DNA of 64,000 nt. Source: Actinomycetota bacterium. Its GTDB lineage: Bacteria; Actinomycetota; Acidimicrobiia; Acidimicrobiales; Ilumatobacteraceae. Positions within the stretch are counted from its first letter, which is position 1. The number at the start of each line of letters is the position of its first letter. The position numbers were made by a program, and so were the translations under genes. Below the pieces are notes generated by a model that saw only the letters and a program-made list of their open reading frames with translations, ran no database searches and was not told the DNA's origin. Shown here in pieces: positions 55,331 through 64,000 of the stretch. The stretch lies in NCBI GenBank assembly GCA_016213625.1, contig JACQZZ010000040.1, positions 12,778 through 76,777 of the forward strand. The letters run 5' to 3'.

Positions 55331-56007
55331 CCGCCGCCCTCAGCACCCACCAACTCGCCAAGGACTACGGCGACCGCCCCGCGCTCGAGCCGCTCGACCT
55401 GGAGGTGCCCGAAGGCCAGCACGTCGCGCTCGTGGGCCACAACGGCAGCGGCAAGACCACGCTGTTGCGCATGGCGGCGGGCCTGCTCGACCCCAGCAGT
55501 GGCGAGGCGCGCATCATGGGTCATCGCTCCGGTTCGGTCGAGGCCCGTCGCTCGCTCAGCTGGCTCAGCGACACCCCCACCTTCTACGACGACCTCTCGT
55601 TGTGGGAGCACCTGGAGTACGTCGGCCGTCTGCACGGTGTGGGCCACTGGCAGCCCAAGTCCGAGGAACTGCTCGAGCGGCTGCAGCTCAGCGCTCGTCG
55701 CGACGACATCCCCACCACCTTCAGCCGTGGTCTGCGGCAGAAGGCCGCCATCGCGCTCGGCATGGTGCGACCGTTCGACGTCCTGCTGGTCGACGAACCG
55801 TTCGTCGGACTCGACGCCAACGGCAAGGAGGCGTTGCTGGCGTTGCTCGACGAGTCGGCCGCGGCGGGAGCCACCCTGTTGGTGGCCACACACGAGCTCG
55901 CGTTCGTCGGTCGCGTGGGTCGACTCCTGGCGCTGCGCGACGGCGCGATGGTGTACGACGGCCCACCGAACGACGCCGACGTGCACCAACTCGTGTTGCC
56001 TGCCTGA
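55327..56007 (+). CDS. ABC transporter ATP-binding protein
   Basis: ATG 55327 overlaps the upstream stop (ATGA). Walker A GHNGSGKTT, signature FSRGLRQK, Walker B LLVDEP. Confidence 0.9.
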   Translation: MTAALSTHQLAKDYGDRPALEPLDLEVPEGQHVALVGHNGSGKTTLLRMAAGLLDPSSGEARIMGHRSGSVEARRSLSWLSDTPTFYDDLSLWEHLEYVGRLHGVGHWQPKSEELLERLQLSARRDDIPTTFSRGLRQKAAIALGMVRPFDVLLVDEPFVGLDANGKEALLALLDESAAAGATLLVATHELAFVGRVGRLLALRDGAMVYDGPPNDADVHQLVLPA

Positions 56008-56075
56008 AGCTCCGCTGAAGCAGCAGGACCATCGCCCCTGCCACCACCCTCGTCGGGCGCGCTACTCTTCGCGGC

Positions 56076-56639
56076 ATGCAGGAATTCGCCTCCGTCAGTG
56101 CATCGTCCTACGACCCCGCCGCACTTGCCGCCAAGCTCACCGAGAAGTCGGCCGAGGGTTGGTCGGTGGTCAGCATCGTTCCCACCGGTGGCGACGTCAC
56201 CGCGTTCCTCTCTCGCGACGCCTCGGGCACCGCAGCGGCAGCCGCCGAGCCGGCCGTCGTCGAAGCGGCACCGGCCGCCACGCCCGAGCCGCAGCCCGAG
56301 TCGACGTTCGCTCCGGTGCTCACGCCCGTGCCGGTGAGCACCCCCGAGCCCGCTCCGGTGGCCGAGCCCGCCGGTTGGGGTGTCGCTCCCGAGCAGGCCG
56401 CACCGGCCGCGATGGCGCCCATCGTGGATCCCACGCCCGCCGCCACCTATCAGCCGGCGCAGACCTACCAGCCCGCCGCCGCGACCTATCAGCCCGCCGC
56501 TGCTGCCGCGCCGGCCGTGCCCGCCGGTTGGTACGCCGACCCGGCCGGTCGCTTCGAGCTGCGTTACTGGGACGGCAGCACCTGGACCGAGCACGTGTCG
56601 CGCGCCGGTCAGCAGTACACCGACCCGCCCGTCGCCTGA
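56076..56639 (+). CDS. DUF2510-domain protein with Pro/Ala-rich linker
   Basis: C-terminal GWYADPAGRFELRYWDGSTWTEHV. TYQPA x3 repeats. The small N-terminal domain may be DUF4177-like. Confidence 0.7.
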   Translation: MQEFASVSASSYDPAALAAKLTEKSAEGWSVVSIVPTGGDVTAFLSRDASGTAAAAAEPAVVEAAPAATPEPQPESTFAPVLTPVPVSTPEPAPVAEPAGWGVAPEQAAPAAMAPIVDPTPAATYQPAQTYQPAAATYQPAAAAAPAVPAGWYADPAGRFELRYWDGSTWTEHVSRAGQQYTDPPVA

Positions 56640-56714
56640 GCCTCGCCGTCACCCTCATCGTGAAGTGACCTCTGCCCCTGGGCCGCGCTCGGGGACGCTG
56701 GATAACCTCAGCTC

Positions 56715-58286
56715 ATGCGTGCCACCTCGATCGGCCACGCGGGCATCCTCGTCGACACCGTCGACGGGTCCATCGCCTGCGATCCCTGGTTCCTTCCGCA
56801 GTTCCACGGATCCTGGTTCGTGTTCCCCCGCAACGACCAGCTCTCACCGGAGCTGATGGAGCGGATCTGCAATCCCACGTACCTGTACATCTCGCACATC
56901 CACGCGGATCACCTCGACGAGGAGTTCCTCACCGAGCGGATGAACAAGGACACCACGGTGCTCATCCCCGGGTACCCCACGCGGGAACTCGAGCGCATCC
57001 TGCGCGGTCTCGGCTTCTACAACATCGTCCGTACGGTCGACGGTGAGGAGAAGGCGCTGGGGCCGAACCTGAAGGTGGCCATCCACGTCGAGACCAGCAT
57101 CACCGACGGCCCTGGCGGCGACTCGGCCATCGTCATCAGCGACGGCACCGGTCGACTGGTGAACCAGAACGACTGCCGCACCAATGATCTGCTGGCGCTG
57201 CGCAACCACGGCGCGGTCGACCTGCACTGGCTGCAGTACTCAGGGGCCATCTGGTACCCGATGGTGTACCAGGAGACCCCCGAGCGCATGCGCGAACTGG
57301 TCGACGCCAAGGTCGACAGTCAGTTCGCCCGCGCCATGCGCTACGTCGAGACCATCGGCGGTCGCGCGGTCGTGCCCAGCGCGGGTCCTCCCGCGTTCTT
57401 GGACCCCGAGCTCTTCCAGTTCAACATCATCGATGGCGACGAGCTGAGCATCTTCCCCGATCAGATCAGCTTCATGACGCGCCTCACCGATGCCGGGCAC
57501 CTGGGCATCCTGGCCATCCCCGGCACCGAGATCGAGTTCGGAGCCGACCACGGCGAGTTCCGCATCACGCATCCGCTGCCGCAGGCCGAGGTCGACGACA
57601 TCTTCGCCCACAAGCGCGAGTACCTGCAGGCGTACCAGGCCGACTGGCTGCCGTGGCTCGACGAGATGAAGGCGGGTTGGCACGCGCCCACCCCCGATCT
57701 GCTCGCCACGGTGAAGGCGTGGTTCGAACCCATCATGGCGATGGCACCCACCGTGTGCGACGCCATCGGCGACGTGGTGGTGTTCCACGCCGGCGACCTC
57801 CCCATCGCCCTCGACTTCCCACGTCGAGAGGTCCGTGAATGGAAGGGCGAGGACCACGGGTTCTGGTTCAAGGTGCAACGCGAGCTGGTCGAGACCGTCG
57901 TGGCCGCTCGGGCCAACGACTGGAGCAACTCACTGTTCCTGTCGTGCCGGTTCAGCGCGTGGCGCAAGGGTCAGTACAACGAGTACGTCTACAACTTCTT
58001 CAAGTCACTCGATGTCGAACGCATGCGTCGCACCGAGGCCGAGGCACTGCGCAAGCTCGACCCCGATCACGCTTCGATGGCCCAGGAAGACACACGCATC
58101 GGCGACTGGATCGTGCAGCGCGCCTGCCCGCACCGCGAGGCCGACCTCAGCGTGTTCGGCGAGATCGAGGGCGACGAGCTGGTGTGCACGTTGCACGGCT
58201 GGCGGTTCGACCTGGCCACCGGCCGCTGCAAGAACGCCGACGACCGCGCCCTGCGAGTCCGCCGCGCCACCCCCGCCGACGACTGA
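56715..58286 (+). CDS. MBL-fold hydrolase fused to a C-terminal Rieske [2Fe-2S] domain
   Basis: YISHIHADH (HxHxDH) N-terminally. CPHREADL...CTLHGWRF (CxH...CxxH) C-terminally. Confidence 0.8.
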   Translation: MRATSIGHAGILVDTVDGSIACDPWFLPQFHGSWFVFPRNDQLSPELMERICNPTYLYISHIHADHLDEEFLTERMNKDTTVLIPGYPTRELERILRGLGFYNIVRTVDGEEKALGPNLKVAIHVETSITDGPGGDSAIVISDGTGRLVNQNDCRTNDLLALRNHGAVDLHWLQYSGAIWYPMVYQETPERMRELVDAKVDSQFARAMRYVETIGGRAVVPSAGPPAFLDPELFQFNIIDGDELSIFPDQISFMTRLTDAGHLGILAIPGTEIEFGADHGEFRITHPLPQAEVDDIFAHKREYLQAYQADWLPWLDEMKAGWHAPTPDLLATVKAWFEPIMAMAPTVCDAIGDVVVFHAGDLPIALDFPRREVREWKGEDHGFWFKVQRELVETVVAARANDWSNSLFLSCRFSAWRKGQYNEYVYNFFKSLDVERMRRTEAEALRKLDPDHASMAQEDTRIGDWIVQRACPHREADLSVFGEIEGDELVCTLHGWRFDLATGRCKNADDRALRVRRATPADD

Positions 58287-58320
58287 CCCAGCGCACCGAA
58301 CACTCGGCCGCGGGCCTCGC

Positions 58321-58395
58321 CTTCTCGGTCTGCATCGTCCCAAGACTGCTTCTCGGTCTGATTCGTCCCCCCGGCTTCCGAGACGGATCAGACCC
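58321..58395 (+). repeat. copy 2 of the dispersed intergenic element of about 75 nt
   Basis: CTTCTCGGTCTGCATCGTCCC - 7 nt - CTTCTCGGTCTGATTCGTCCCC - CCGGC - TTCCGAGACGGATCAGACCC. Same orientation and architecture as 9282-9354. Confidence 0.85.
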
Positions 58396-58646
58396 AGATC
58401 GCCACTCGCAGAACCGTCCTAAGAACTCCCCGGGGAGCTTTCCCACGTCCTGTGATCGCGCTTGCACGGAGCGCACAGATCGGGCAAAGTGCTCGCCTTC
58501 TCGTCTGGACTCGTCGCGCCGTGGTCACGGTCCGCCGTGATCGAGCCGCGACAGGTTGAGCAGATCAAGCTCTTGGGTGCTTCCATGCCACCACGGGGTC
58601 GCGTGGATGCACCCAGATCGAGAGCAGAGCTGCCGATCTGGTCGCC

Positions 58647-59060
58647 TTATCGGTGGACCAACACGACTCGTTCGCCGGTGGTCCCGATCGACACGACCTG
58701 AACGGTCCACCAGGCACGTCGGTACGGCGCTTCGGCTGTGATGGGAGCGACGGTCCAGCCGGTACGCGCAATGAGCACAGGCTGGTCTGGGGTTCCGCCA
58801 ACCCGAAACCATCCCGAGACGCCAGCTGGCCATGCATCAGCGGCGAGGGCACGACGACGGAACTCCGCACACTCGGAGGGCCGAAGCACCCAACCGAAGA
58901 GCCGCTTGCGTGGAAGATCACGGTCGAGGTCCCGAGCCCCGACGCCGCCGGTCAAGAACTCCACGATGAGCGTTGCCGGCACTCGAACCACGCGCCATGC
59001 CGCTGCGAGGAGAAGGCTGGTCGTGCCGACCTCACCGGTGTCCCGATCGTGCGTTGTCAC
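58647..59060 (-). CDS. hypothetical protein (weak call)
   Basis: GTG-initiated 137-aa ORF downstream of lacZ. More protein-like than the overlapping ORFs. No motif recognised. Confidence 0.3.
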   Translation of the reverse strand: MTTHDRDTGEVGTTSLLLAAAWRVVRVPATLIVEFLTGGVGARDLDRDLPRKRLFGWVLRPSECAEFRRRALAADAWPAGVSGWFRVGGTPDQPVLIARTGWTVAPITAEAPYRRAWWTVQVVSIGTTGERVVLVHR

Positions 59061-59136
59061 CTCAAGGTCGCCTCGTCATCGCTTCCGCTGATCCCAACCT
59101 GCCGCACGCGGGTCAGCTTGCCACGCGGCGCTGCCC

Positions 59137-62932
<3,796 letters not shown>

Positions 62933-62991
62933 CGGTGGTGGGGGTCCCCGGTGAGCGATGGCGATCACCCTCAGATTAGCGACGAAAACAC

Positions 62992-63576
62992 TCAGAAGCT
63001 GGGCAGCTCGAACCAGATCGTCAACCCGTACTTCACACCGCTGCGCAGCGGCGTCGCCTGGTGCGGATGAGTGACCAGCGATGGCCACACCACCAGCTCC
63101 CCGATGGCCAGCGAATCGTTGGTGACGCCCTGGCGGGGGAAGTCGAGCACGGCCCCCTCGTAGCCGTCGTTCAACTTCGCCGACGCCGAGACCTGGGCCA
63201 CGTCGTGGTGCATGCGCAGGTGCTCCTGCTGACCCATCGCGTACTTGATGACGAAGACGTCGCGCAGGCCGTGGTAGTCGATGTACGGCCACACCGTCTG
63301 CAGCTGCGGCCAGATGCGCACACCGAGGTCCACCTCCACAGCTTCGAACAGGCGCGGGCTGATGATGGCCAACGACACCTCGTGGCCGGGCACCGGATCT
63401 TCGGGCTGCGGTTCGAAGGCGCCGACGGCTTCGGCGGCGCGGATGATGGTGCTGCAGTAGTCCGGCGTCCAGAAGGGGACGGCGTACACCTCGTTGCCGA
63501 CTTCGCGGAGTCCTTGGCGAGGGTCGGCGGCGCCCTGGTAGCCCAGGATCTGTTGCAGGTCGTCGTACGGTGCCAT
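62992..63576 (-). CDS. 2OG-Fe(II) oxygenase (prolyl-4-hydroxylase-like)
   Basis: HLRMHHDV (HxD) and a distal LVTHPHQATP. About 194 aa. Confidence 0.65.
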   Translation of the reverse strand: MAPYDDLQQILGYQGAADPRQGLREVGNEVYAVPFWTPDYCSTIIRAAEAVGAFEPQPEDPVPGHEVSLAIISPRLFEAVEVDLGVRIWPQLQTVWPYIDYHGLRDVFVIKYAMGQQEHLRMHHDVAQVSASAKLNDGYEGAVLDFPRQGVTNDSLAIGELVVWPSLVTHPHQATPLRSGVKYGLTIWFELPSF

Positions 63577-63589
63577 TGCCGCGATCGTG

Positions 63590-64000
63590 TCAGAGTTGGT
63601 CGGACGCGAGCCACCACGGCTCGTGCGGCACCGAGTCGATGCGGAACCTGGGCACCAGGTCGTCGGCGCTCACCGGCTCGTCGGCGGCACACAGACCGAG
63701 GCTCGCGCCCAGCCGCGCGAGCACCTGATGCGCGCCCACGCCTCGTGCGGCGAGGTCGGCGAGCGTGACCGCGCCGTGGCGCTTGGCGAGTCGAGTGCCG
63801 TCGGGTGCCAGCACCAGGGGCACGTGTGCGTACTGCGGTTCGGGGAGGCCGAGCAGTTCCTGCAGCAGTCGTTGACGGGGCGTGCTCGACAGCAGGTCGT
63901 CGCCGCGCACCACGTGGGTGATGCCCTGCAACCCGTCGTCGACCACGACGGCCAGGTTGTACGCGGGCACGCCGTCGGCGCGTTGCAGCACCACGTCGTC
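63590..64000 (-). CDS. gluQ: glutamyl-Q tRNA(Asp) synthetase, or a GluRS catalytic-domain paralog; N-terminus beyond the window
   Basis: [27 protein letters not shown] and RLAKRHG (KMSKS-like). The ORF is open at the window end. Confidence 0.7.
   Translation of the reverse strand, partial: DDVVLQRADGVPAYNLAVVVDDGLQGITHVVRGDDLLSSTPRQRLLQELLGLPEPQYAHVPLVLAPDGTRLAKRHGAVTLADLAARGVGAHQVLARLGASLGLCAADEPVSADDLVPRFRIDSVPHEPWWLASDQL

Overview
High-GC (about 70% by eye, not computed), densely packed, Actinobacteria-like chromosomal DNA. Many adjacent genes share ATGA/GTGA stop-start overlaps. All family calls come from motifs I could read in the ORF translations; no database search was run. Gene starts were chosen by motif, Shine-Dalgarno or overlap logic and may be off by a few codons.

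The flanks, 1-33.4 kb and 48.4-64 kb, look like ordinary core genome:
- coaA, map, add, pheA, larBC, lacZ and a gluQ fragment
- a P450, an amidase and an M20 peptidase
- a NarL-type two-component pair and a large SARP/AfsR-type regulator
- a Phd/VapC toxin-antitoxin pair next to a lone WXG100 gene
- an orphan N6-adenine DNA methyltransferase
- a LysR-controlled SHMT-like/PhyH/racemase operon

The main finding is an integrative element of about 15 kb (33410-48384) inserted at the 3' end of tRNA-Ser(UGA). It is bounded by a 21-bp direct repeat (20/21 identical) and carries CGGGAGCAAC arm-type repeats at both ends. It encodes:
- a tyrosine integrase and a MobF relaxase-helicase, each broken by a frameshift in this sequence
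- an excisionase-like HTH protein translationally coupled to a HEPN protein, which converges on and overlaps a wHTH-nucleotidyltransferase gene
- a second Rx4H (HEPN-like) protein and a single-pass membrane protein next to the integrase
- a divergent two-operon module: an ECF sigma, an anti-sigma-like protein and a secreted beta-gamma-crystallin-like protein on one side; a small Sec-dependent Tyr/Trp/Gly-rich peptide, a lipoprotein and an ABC transporter on the other. This layout resembles bacteriocin production plus LanI/LanFEG-style immunity

Several unexplained repeats lie outside genes:
- a roughly 75-nt element present twice, 49 kb apart
- a 19-20-bp tandem array with an inverted copy
- a structured region rich in the 8-mer GTCGCGTG upstream of the relaxase, which is an oriT candidate
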